Assembly (NCBI GenBank): GCA_965240325.2
Contig: OZ251233.1
Location: forward strand, 1,550,001-1,614,000
Length of the DNA stretch: 64,000 nt
Reading direction: 5' to 3'
Source: Rebecca billardiae RCC1528
Taxonomy: Eukaryota; Protista; Haptophyta
Positions within the stretch are counted from its first letter, which is position 1, and each line of letters starts with the position of its first letter. The notes under the pieces are model-generated. The model was given only the letters and a program-made list of their open reading frames with translations, had not been told where the DNA came from and did not search any database. A program made the translations under genes and the position numbers. Below are positions 54,926 to 64,000 of this stretch, piece after piece.

Positions 54926-55956
54926 TAAAGAGGCAGCCGCTGCGCCTCCGGTCACAGGCGTGGGCCCTGCACGCGCGTATGCGCTCGAGCGCCGCCGTGG
55001 CGTCAGCGCGGCTGGTGGGCGCGGCGGGCAACACACGAGTAGGACGCTTTGTGGCGCGGCGACCGGATGCAGCCGCCGCGCAGCCAGCTTGTGTGCTGCT
55101 CGCTCGGTGGTATGATGGCCTGATGCTCCGCCACGCCCATGTGTGCCGCTTGGCGGCGGCGGCGGCAGCACCGAGCGAGCAGCGCGCGCAAGCTGGCTGC
55201 GCGCCACGCCATCGAGTTGCTTACAGTGCTCGTACGCCTCGAAGTCGCGCCGGCGCAGCACGGCGAAGAGCTGCGTCACGAGCTGGTCGCGCTTACCGGC
55301 TTACAAGTCCTCCGGCGGCGCCGCCCAGAACGCGGCCGCGGTCCGTGACTCCGCGAGGAGAGACCGTCGTATCGATCTCGTCACGTCTGCGGCGCAGCCT
55401 GCCGAGCCGCTGCTGAGTGCAGCCGCACAGTCCTGGCTGGCCGCTCAGGAGTCAGGCGGCGGACAGGCGGCGCTATATGTAGTATATGTCAGAGTCTGAA
55501 TCCGTATACAGTAAGCTATACTATAGCTACTAGCTGCTACTATCTACTATACGACTTACTTTGATGCCAATCACCAGCCACTCGGGTAACCGGCCCGGTC
55601 CGCGGCCGGCTCGTCACCGCACCCGCACCGGCGCCGTGACTGAAGTTACTTCCCGGACTGCTGGCAACGTGAACGGCAGCAGGTTCGTCGTCCGCACTGC
55701 TAGCTGAACGGCGGCTTAAGTAGCTCGGAGTCTAGCAGACAGTAGTCAGCAGGCCGAGTGGCGAGTCGTAGCGCGCGACACTCACTTAAAGTTAAATAGT
55801 ATCGGCGCCATCAAGTGGCACGTAGTATTTGCCGGAGCGTTCATGACGCTAGTGGCGGCAATAACATGATGCGCGGTAGTCGTCCTATGGCTGAGACCGA
55901 GCCGCTCAGACTCTGTCGGACCGGCACGGTCGTCGTCGAAGACGAAGGGCCACTAG

Positions 55957-56646
55957 CTAGCTCAGCTTGACGCCCATTTTGACCACGCACGACAAGGCGA
56001 AGATAACGGACGCCATCAGCATCGTGATGCATGGCACCCATATCCACACCTCCTCGACGAACGCGATGAGCTTGCAGGCAATCGCTATGAAGTAGCTGCT
56101 CGTGCCCGCGAGGAAGCATTGGCCCGACATGTTCACCGCGTTCACGCGTAGGGGCAGAAAGCTCTCCTCAGTGAACAGTTTGAGCCGGCGCCAAGCACCG
56201 AAGCCGACTTTAAAGTTTTCCAGCCCCTGGTATCTCCCACGCGCGTACCACCGATAGTAGTCCGCGGAAAGCTCGCGAGCGATATTCCACATGACTGCCG
56301 AGAGCAGTGTGGTCGCCATGATGAGCGCGCTCGCCGAGAACGACAGGCAGAGTGTGTGCACAGCGAGAAACGGAGTCTTGTCCTCAGGCCAGTCGTCCGA
56401 TTCCACGCTCAAGAGCGAGGAGATGACGAATGCGGCCAGAAATCCAGAGATGGTCGCCAGGATGTTCCACGACTCAAGACGCTTCTCCACATTCCGCTCG
56501 CACCAATCCCAGCTCCTCTCGGGCTCTGGGCCTAGGTCACGGCCCCAGCGGCGCGCCAGATCTGCGTCTAGGCGCGGCGCGGTGGACTCTCCAGGGAGTG
56601 GCGGGCCAATGCTTACGTACGCGCCCCCGTCAGGTGGCCTCGGCAT
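55957..56646 (-). CDS. Four-TM membrane protein, Orai/PGG-like topology
   Basis: Four hydrophobic helices; TM1 LESWNILATISGFLAAFV. Confidence 0.55.
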   Translation of the reverse strand: MPRPPDGGAYVSIGPPLPGESTAPRLDADLARRWGRDLGPEPERSWDWCERNVEKRLESWNILATISGFLAAFVISSLLSVESDDWPEDKTPFLAVHTLCLSFSASALIMATTLLSAVMWNIARELSADYYRWYARGRYQGLENFKVGFGAWRRLKLFTEESFLPLRVNAVNMSGQCFLAGTSSYFIAIACKLIAFVEEVWIWVPCITMLMASVIFALSCVVKMGVKLS

Positions 56647-56781
56647 GGCGGTCGCTGCTGTGGACGGCCTTGCGCCCGCGGACGTCGTCAGTCGCGTCGG
56701 CCGTGTCGGCGGCCGGGGAACTCGGGAAGTCGTTCACCGTGGCGAGGTGCTCATCTCTTTCCAAGGCCGCCAAGCGGCGGG

Positions 56782-58605
56782 ATGGCGACCAGCCTGCTCC
56801 AAGCTCTGGACGGGAGCGCGACGGTGCAGGACGTGGAGCAATGGCTGCGCGTGAACGGCTGGGCGGCGCGTCCCGAGCTCTCCGAGCAGTACAGCTGGCC
56901 CGCGTACCGCGACTCCGTGCTCCGCGTCTCGCGCGCCCTCTCGGACGAGCGCGACGCGTTCCGCAAGCCGGCGCTCACGCCGCTCTTCGCGGCCAAGCTC
57001 GCGCGCCTCGGCCCGCCGATGGCCGAGCTGCTGCGCGAGCCGTCCGACACGCTGGCTCGGCGGTTCTCCCGCGAGCGCGTCACCGCCTTCGCCACCTCCG
57101 ACGGCTGGCTTGGCCTCTCCACCTCCGTGTACGAGTTCCAGCCGCAGTTTCTCGGCGGCCAGCTGCTGCTCGCCGACGGCCGCGCGTGGGCGCGGTTGCT
57201 CGCGCACGCGGACGTGCGCGTGTGCATCCACCTGGGCGCGCTCGCCTCGGTCTCGCACGCCGCGCGGCCCGACCACGCCTTCGCGCTGCACCGCCGCCTC
57301 AACGTCGCGCTGCTCGTGCGCGCGCACGCGGCCGACCTCGCCCCGCTGCCGCGCGCGCAGCAGCTGCTGCTCTCGCACGACGCGGCGGACGTGGCGCGCG
57401 CGCTGGTGCGCGAGGGGCTGCCCGCGGACTACCAGCTGCCGCAGGGCACGTGGCTCCTCGGCGAGTGCGCCGCGCGCGGCCTCGCCCCCAGCGTGCGCCT
57501 GCTCCTCGACGCGGGCGCCGACGCCGATCTGAAGGATGGTGTGCTGCCAGGCGGGCTGGGCGAGCCGGGCGCGACCGCGCTCGAGCACGCGAGCATCATG
57601 TGCCGCGTGGAGTGCGTGCGGCTGCTGGCGCCGCGCACCACCGTGCCCGTCGCGCCGTACGCCCTCGACGCCGTCGTAGAGGCCTTCAGCGACGCCGCCT
57701 TCGGCGAGCGCCGCGATGAGGGCACGCGCGCGCTCGACACGCTGCGGACGCTGCTCGCAGCCGGAGCGACGCCCGCGCTCGCGGGCGCTGCGCTGATGGA
57801 CACGGTGCACGGCGCGGTGAGCGACCCGCGCTGCCTCGCGCTGCTCCTCGCGCAGCGCGCGGACCCCGACACGCCGCTCGTCGTCTCCGAGCCGCACGGC
57901 GCCGCGCTCACGCAGCGGCTTAGCGCGCTCGAGTGGCTCTGCCGGCCGGAGTACTGCTCCCGCGACGAGCGGCCGGCGGCGCGCGAGCTGTGCGCGCTGC
58001 CGCTGGTGAGGCTGCTCGCGGCGCACGGCGCGAGCCGGCGGCTGAGCGACGGGACGGACGCGGAGGACGCCGCGCCGTCCTCGCCCGCGTGCGCGTTCCT
58101 CCGCCACACGCGCGGCTTCACCACGCCTCTGCACTTCGCACAATGGCTGCCGGTCGGGCGAGTGCGCGCGCTGCTGCTGGGAGGCGAAAGCGTGCACGCG
58201 CAAGGCGCGCACGGCACGCCGACGCCACTCGAGCTGGCGGAGGCGCGCGCGGACGCGTCCGACGCGCAGCTGCGAGATCGCGCCGTCGCCACGCTCATGC
58301 GCCACGCCTCGCGCGCGTGGGCCCCCGGCGCGTGGCCCGCGGGCACACACGACCTCTTTGCCGCGCCCACGCGCGCGCGCGCGCCTTTTCTGCTCTGGGT
58401 GGGCGCGCAGATGAGCGCGCAGGCACGCTTCACCGGCGTGCCCGTGCACGAGGCGTGGTGCTCGCACGTGCTGCCGCGCGTCCTCGGCACGGTCGGCGAC
58501 TCGTTCGCGGACGCGGATGAGCTCGAAGACGCGCCGCACTGGCTCGTCCGCGTCGGTCCCGAGCCCGCGATGGCCGAGGCGGCACCGCTGGCGGCTGAGC
58601 GCTGA
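56782..58605 (+). CDS. Ankyrin-repeat protein, paralogue of 16521-17486 in its C-terminal region
   Basis: VRLLLDAGADAD and TALEHASIMCRVECVRLL repeats; C-terminal TTPLHF...TPLELA...THDLF...W.SHVLP. Confidence 0.8.
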   Translation: MATSLLQALDGSATVQDVEQWLRVNGWAARPELSEQYSWPAYRDSVLRVSRALSDERDAFRKPALTPLFAAKLARLGPPMAELLREPSDTLARRFSRERVTAFATSDGWLGLSTSVYEFQPQFLGGQLLLADGRAWARLLAHADVRVCIHLGALASVSHAARPDHAFALHRRLNVALLVRAHAADLAPLPRAQQLLLSHDAADVARALVREGLPADYQLPQGTWLLGECAARGLAPSVRLLLDAGADADLKDGVLPGGLGEPGATALEHASIMCRVECVRLLAPRTTVPVAPYALDAVVEAFSDAAFGERRDEGTRALDTLRTLLAAGATPALAGAALMDTVHGAVSDPRCLALLLAQRADPDTPLVVSEPHGAALTQRLSALEWLCRPEYCSRDERPAARELCALPLVRLLAAHGASRRLSDGTDAEDAAPSSPACAFLRHTRGFTTPLHFAQWLPVGRVRALLLGGESVHAQGAHGTPTPLELAEARADASDAQLRDRAVATLMRHASRAWAPGAWPAGTHDLFAAPTRARAPFLLWVGAQMSAQARFTGVPVHEAWCSHVLPRVLGTVGDSFADADELEDAPHWLVRVGPEPAMAEAAPLAAER

Positions 58606-59336
58606 GTGATGCGCGGTGTAGCTACTAGCTAGCATCACGGACGGCTGCTGCGGGCGGCGGCTCCGCCGTCTGCGGCCTTGCGGCCCTGCCGCCTGCGATG
58701 TGGCCGGGAGGGGCGTACGTCATTACGCGCCCGCGATCGTCCGCGACGTGTGCCGTGCGGCGGACTCACTACTTATTTGTTTTTGACGATCGCGATCTAA
58801 TCGACGCGCGACGATCAATAATCTGCGACATGGTCTGGGCTTGAGGCTTCCGAGTTCCGGCGATGACGACTCATCTGACGGATTCTGACGCAGCGACGCC
58901 TACTTGCCGCGCCATGTATTGTCATCAACTTCGGTCACACAGTATAGTTATATTTGAATCTTAATAGAAATATTATATATATATATATTATGATTGAATA
59001 ATAATATATTAAATAATATTTTAATATTATTCACGCGACTCACATCACTCATCAGAGTCGGCTGACACGGAATATGCCACTGCGCGTTCGTCACGACCAA
59101 TCACTATCAGCCGTCATCAGCGGCTCATTACCAATCGTCACGACCAACCAGTACCACCGCGGTGGGACGTTCGTCACGGAACACCCAGTCACCCTGCGTG
59201 AGTCAGAGTCCTGAATCCTGATCACACCCGGTCCCGATCACTCGCGCAGCGGTAGCAGACGGAGCAGACATCTTGATGGCGGCGCCCGATGGCGGGCGGC
59301 ATCTCCCATGACGACGCAGCGAGCAGCCGCGCATCT

Positions 59337-60410
59337 TCATGCCGCGAGCTCGACCTCCGTCAGGACGGGCAGGTGGTCGGACGGCCAGCTCGGCATTGTC
59401 AGCACCGAGCGGCTGAGCACGCGCATCCCCGAGCCCACGAACGCGTGGTCGATCGTGCGGTCGGCCTCGCACGCCTGGAAGGGCTTGTACGTGTGCCACG
59501 GCGCGGCACGCCCGTCGCCCGCGGCGAGCTCGTCGGGCGGGAGCACTGGCGTCCACTCCGCGTACAGCGGCTCGATCGGCGACGCCGACTCGGAGTAGAG
59601 CGCCGCCTCGGCCGCCTCGAGCGTGCGCGACGCATCCACGCCGGGAGGCAGCGAGTTGAAGTCCCCGGCCAGCAGCCAGCGCCCGCTGTTCGCCGCCTCG
59701 CAGCCGGCGCCGAGCACGCGCAGGATGTCGACCTGCTTCTCCAGCGTGCCATCGCCACGCGAGAACGCCGAGAGGTGCGTGTTGAGCAGCTCGAGCACGC
59801 GGCCGTCCGCCACGTCCACGCCCGTGTGCAGCACGCAGCGCCGCAGGTTGAACATCCGGCGCACGCGCGACTCCTGCAGCAGCGGCAGGCGCACGCGGCT
59901 GGCGGCGTTGAGCCGGAAGCGGGAGAAGACGGAGAGGTGCATGTTGATCAGGCCGACGTGGCGCCACCGTGGCGCGGGCACCCACGGCACCCGCCAGTAC
60001 CACGCCGAGCAGTGACTGCTGTAGCCGCAGCCGCCGTCCTCGAGCGCGCGCAGCAGCGCGCGGTGCTCGTCGATGAGGCCGGTGCGCAGGGAGCGACGGT
60101 CAACCTCCTGCAGCAGCACGATGTCAGCGTCTGCCGCCTTCACCGCGTCCGCGATCTCGCGCACCTTGGAGCGCACCACCTTGCGCGGCGTGGCCACTGC
60201 GCGGCCTCCGTCGTAGAAGAAGTGCCGCTCCGTGCCCGCGCAGTACTGGAGGTTCCACGAGAGGACGCGCAGCGGGCGCGATGGGTCATACGGGGGCGAC
60301 GCCGCGCCATTCACCACGCGCACGCGCGTTCGCCTGATCGACGGCCCCGCGCGCACGCAGAGCGCGCCGAGCACGATCGCTGCAACAAAGGCGAGCGGCG
60401 TGCTCGTCAT
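59337..60410 (-). CDS. Endonuclease/exonuclease/phosphatase (EEP) family protein with N-terminal anchor
   Basis: LSWNLQY, DIVLLQEVD, NTHLSAF, LAGDFNS, IDHAF and SDHLPV motifs. Confidence 0.9.
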   Translation of the reverse strand: MTSTPLAFVAAIVLGALCVRAGPSIRRTRVRVVNGAASPPYDPSRPLRVLSWNLQYCAGTERHFFYDGGRAVATPRKVVRSKVREIADAVKAADADIVLLQEVDRRSLRTGLIDEHRALLRALEDGGCGYSSHCSAWYWRVPWVPAPRWRHVGLINMHLSVFSRFRLNAASRVRLPLLQESRVRRMFNLRRCVLHTGVDVADGRVLELLNTHLSAFSRGDGTLEKQVDILRVLGAGCEAANSGRWLLAGDFNSLPPGVDASRTLEAAEAALYSESASPIEPLYAEWTPVLPPDELAAGDGRAAPWHTYKPFQACEADRTIDHAFVGSGMRVLSRSVLTMPSWPSDHLPVLTEVELAA

Positions 60411-60889
60411 TACGATGCCGCCGGCTTTTTTTCGGCGGATAAACATTTTACATTTTCCCCGCAGTCCGGCGCTGTCGCCGAGCACGACCCAAGTAAGAGC
60501 CGACAATACCCCTATCAGAAAAGTTCTTCTAAGAGTACAAGTCGTCGATCGACAAAGCTTCCTGATCAACATGTATGATACACGCGGTACGTATTCCCAT
60601 ATGTATCTTTGAGCTCCTCCAGGTCTCCAAGGGGGGCGTGGTTTTCTACTACTGGTCCGAGCAGTGGTAGCTTCTCCTGAACTCCCCAAGCGCGAAGCAG
60701 CGCGCGATGACGTCAATTCTCGTGAAGATGCTCGTGAGATACGATCTCACTACTTTCAACATAGGCAAACATGAATTACCGTAACTTTACCCGCGAACGG
60801 CGCGCTCGAACCCGACGAGCGGAGCGGGGTTGCCCACGATTGGGGCCACTCTCACGTGCGCAGGCCGAGAGCAAAGCGAGCAGTTGAGC

Positions 60890-61933
60890 ATGCCCAGCGC
60901 CACCGCCATAGACCGGTTCGTCGACGTGGGCCCGGCGGTGCTGAAGAAGGTGGCGCTCCGGTGCCCGCTCGAGCCCTCGCCCACCGCACCGCCGCCGACG
61001 CGCTACGACGTCGAGGACGTCGAAGGCTGGAGCGCGGCGCTCGCCGCCGACGGGTACGTCGTCATCCGCGAAGTCGCGGACGCCAACGAGGTGAGCGAAG
61101 CGCACAAGCTGTTCTGGGATTGGCTGGCGGAGGCGGAAGCGGGCGTCTCGCCTGACGCGCCCGAGACGTGGGGGCTCATCCCGTGCGAGCGGGCGAATGG
61201 CATCATCTTCTCGCGCGGCATCGGGCAGTCCGCCTTTGCGTGGCACGCGCGCGGCCTCCCCAAGGTGCGGCGCGCATTCGGCCGGCTGTGGCAGGCGGAC
61301 GACGACGATGTCATCACGAGCTTCGACGGCGCCAACGTCTTCCGCCCGTTCCTCGAGCCCGCGGGCGCCCGCGAGCACAAGACGGGGGGCGGCTGGTGGC
61401 ACACCGACCAGTCGGGCCACCGGACCGGGCTGCAGTGCGTGCAGGGCCTGGTCGCGTTCACGGCGGCGACGCCGGCGACGGGCGGGCTGGTCGTCCTGCC
61501 GGGCTCGCACCTGCGCCACGCGGAGCTCGCCGAGCGCTACCCGCACGTCACGCACGACTACCTCGGCCTCGCGCCGGAGGACCCGATCCTGACCGACGTG
61601 AGCGCGGGCGCGGCGCGCGGCGCGCTGCTCGTGCAGTGCGGCGCGGGCGACCTCGTGCTCTGGGACTCGCGCGTCGTGCACTGCAACGCGCCGGCGCTGT
61701 CGTACGCGCCGCAGCAGGGGGAGGCGCGGCTCCTCCGTCTCGTCTCGTACGTGTGCATGACGCCGCGCGCGTGGGCGGACGAGTCGACCCTCGCCACGCG
61801 CCGCCTCGCCGTCGACCACCTCGTCACGTCCACGCACTGGCCCCACCAGTTCAGGGTGACGAGCTGCGCGGCGCCGGGCGGCGACGCCGCGCGGCTGGAG
61901 CGGCTCACCCCCTCGCAGCTGGCGCTTGTGTAA
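60890..61933 (+). CDS. Phytanoyl-CoA dioxygenase (PhyH)-family Fe(II)/2-oxoglutarate oxygenase
   Basis: WWHTDQ (HxD), GGLVVLPGSH and GDLVLWDSRVVHCN. Confidence 0.88.
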   Translation: MPSATAIDRFVDVGPAVLKKVALRCPLEPSPTAPPPTRYDVEDVEGWSAALAADGYVVIREVADANEVSEAHKLFWDWLAEAEAGVSPDAPETWGLIPCERANGIIFSRGIGQSAFAWHARGLPKVRRAFGRLWQADDDDVITSFDGANVFRPFLEPAGAREHKTGGGWWHTDQSGHRTGLQCVQGLVAFTAATPATGGLVVLPGSHLRHAELAERYPHVTHDYLGLAPEDPILTDVSAGAARGALLVQCGAGDLVLWDSRVVHCNAPALSYAPQQGEARLLRLVSYVCMTPRAWADESTLATRRLAVDHLVTSTHWPHQFRVTSCAAPGGDAARLERLTPSQLALV

Positions 61934-62669
61934 CGCGCCGGTGATGCGGTGAAGCGTTCGAGCGCGGCAGGCTCGGTGCAGGGGTGTTCTCTGTCTCCGA
62001 CTGCCTGCTGGCTCAGGCCGAGCATGTGTAACTACCCGAGTTGCCGCGGGCCGTGACCCACCGTGACCGTCCGACGCGGTCGGCCAGTGGCGACTCCGCC
62101 GCTGCGCCAACCGCGCGGTGTCAGTTGTCACTACGGTGCCTCACTCGGCGGCGGCGCACTCTAAGTAGCAGTAGTGAGTAGTTCAATTCGGATGGAATCC
62201 GCCGAGTATAGCCCGCTGATTTAATATATTTAAAAAGTTATACTATATATAATTAATTTATTTAGTAAAGTCCGGGTACTATGCTGTTTCCTAATCAGTA
62301 ATTGTCTTCATGCTCTTCAGTCAGTCAGGCCGGCCCGCGGCGTTCGCGGACCGTGCGGCCGCGGGGCGTGCCGCTGGTGGTGGTGCACCGCAGCGCCGCC
62401 GCGGTCCACGGTCCGAGGCGCGCCGACGCGTCCTCAATCAGGCTGAGGCGCAACGCCCCCCGGCCGAAGCAGCAGTCAGGGTGGAACGGGCGTCACAGCG
62501 TCCTTGCCGTAGTCGCCCCACGGCTCGGAGCCACCGCCGTCCGCCACGTCCACGACTGAGCTCGTCGTCGTCTCGCACAGCCACGCAACACGCATCAATC
62601 ACGCGGCGACCGCCACGTCGACTCCTCGACCGGATGAAGCCGGGCCACACCGAGCAGAGTCGTCGTCGG

Positions 62670-63358
62670 TTAGTTGAAGTACGAGAGTTGCTCCGCGCCC
62701 GGCGCCGCCTGCTCAACGAGCGTGGCGGGGCCGCGCGAGAAGGGCGGCAGAATGCCGGGCCCGCACCAGGTGTGATGGCTGGGCAGCCGATCGAGCTGGG
62801 CGGCGTCGCTCCCGCCGAATGCACGCGTGATGCGCGGTTGCCGCTGAGCCGCTGCGGCCGTTGACGACATACCCGCGGCGCAGCGCGGCGGGAGCGCGAT
62901 GCCCTCGTGCGGATGTGACGTGGCCGGCTGGCTGGCGCCCACGCCGTTGCTCGCCTCCAGCGACGTGGGCGGCAGCTGGCCGGGCGCGAACGCCCGGCCG
63001 ACGGTCACAGGTGGGCGGCGTTGCCGCTGCTGCGCCTGCTGCCCTGCCTGCGCCGGCAGTGCAACGACGTTGTTGCCGCCCGGCCCCGCCACGATGACGT
63101 GCGCCTCCCCGGCTGGCTTTTGGTGCCCGCCCAGCTCTGCATTGGCGCCCGTCGCCGCGGCCGCGTGCGCGAGCACGGGCTGCCCCTGCCCCTGCTGCGG
63201 TGGCGCGAGCTGCGCCGCCTGCATCAGCTGCGGCTGGTAGCCATAAATGGAGCCGCCGATGAACAGGCTGTCGCGCATGCCGCCCACGCCGGCCGGCGCG
63301 GGCGGGGCGGGGCAGGCGCCGACGTGCGGCGCCGGCTCGGCGGAGGGCTGCTGCGGCG

Positions 63359-63393
<35 letters not shown>

Positions 63394-63606
63394 GACGGCG
63401 ACTGCTGCGGATGGAACGGCTGCGGCTGCTGGAAGAGCACGGAGGTCGCCCCCTTCCAGAACGCAGACACCTTGGACTGGTCGAGCAGCGCGGGGGTGGT
63501 GCCGTAGGAGGACGCCAGCACGGCGCCTCCGCCCGGCCCACCGGCGTGCGCGTGCATCGGACCGAGCATGTTGAGCGAGAGGCACTGCTGCTGCCCGACC
63601 ACCCCG

Positions 63607-63651
<45 letters not shown>

Positions 63652-64000
63652 AGGCCGCCAGCCAGCAGCAGCGCGCGGTGGTCCCCGTGCATCTGCACGC
63701 CATGCTGGTGGCGCTCTGCCACTGCGGCAGCAGCAGCAGCTGCTGCTGCCGCGGCGGCGGCGCGATGTGGCTGCTGCTGCGCCACCGCGTGCACCTTGGG
63801 GTGGATCGGGAACGCGGGCACTGATGAGCTCTGCATCGCAATCGCTCCGCCCGGCCCACACGCCACGCCACCCATGCCAAAAGCGGCGTGCACCGCGCCG
63901 TTGCACGCGTCAGGGAAGTTGAGTTTGCGCCCAAGGATGCGCGCTTGTGAGTCGTACGCCCGTGCCGCCTCCTCGGACGACGAAAAGACGCCCAGGTGGA
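62670..64000 (-). CDS. AP2-domain transcription factor with polyQ tracts (5' end lies outside the window)
   Basis: The frame from 63998 reads HLGVFSSSEEAARAYDSQARILGRKLNFP and runs into the Q/A-rich ORF 62670..63893. Confidence 0.85.

Noticed and set aside
60470-60761. Solo LTR (TG...CAACA) or U3 snoRNA 5' end on the minus strand
   Set aside because: No matching target-site duplication, and the downstream U3 boxes B/C/D are absent.
1-64000. Hundreds of long Arg/Ala/Pro-rich ORFs in the six-frame track
   Set aside because: They are shadow frames of real genes or repeats; stop codons are rare at this GC content and the ORFs show no domain motifs.

Overview
Very GC-rich eukaryotic nuclear DNA. 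Intron style (GTGCG...CGCAG) and gene content fit a haptophyte-type alga; that assignment is inference. About 26 compact protein-coding genes are supported: FLZ-like zinc finger, two SGNH/PC-esterase-type acyltransferases, two sulfotransferases, two AP2-domain factors, CHMP5, a duplicated MerT-like/HMA protein, cyclophilin H, kanadaptin, a Rad7-like LRR protein, SEL1-MYND, a DxD glycosyltransferase, a giant LRR/low-complexity protein, a cyclin-fold protein, an aldonolactone oxidase, profilin, two ankyrin paralogues, an EEP hydrolase, a PhyH dioxygenase and others. Eighteen sit in nine tight head-to-head pairs. Most long ORFs in the supplied track are GC-rich shadow frames. Non-autonomous DNA transposons with TIRs and TSDs lie at 1455-2137 and 7818-9766, and a nested inverted-repeat complex spans 23151-28780. 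The most unusual signal is non-coding. DNA downstream of gene 3' ends is a distinctive triplet-rich (GAT/TGA/ACT/TAG) sequence, and duplicated segments within it differ almost only by short duplication-plus-filler insertions, with essentially no substitutions. This points to a localized micro-insertion process acting at transcription-termination zones. No rRNA, tRNA or CRISPR array was recognised.
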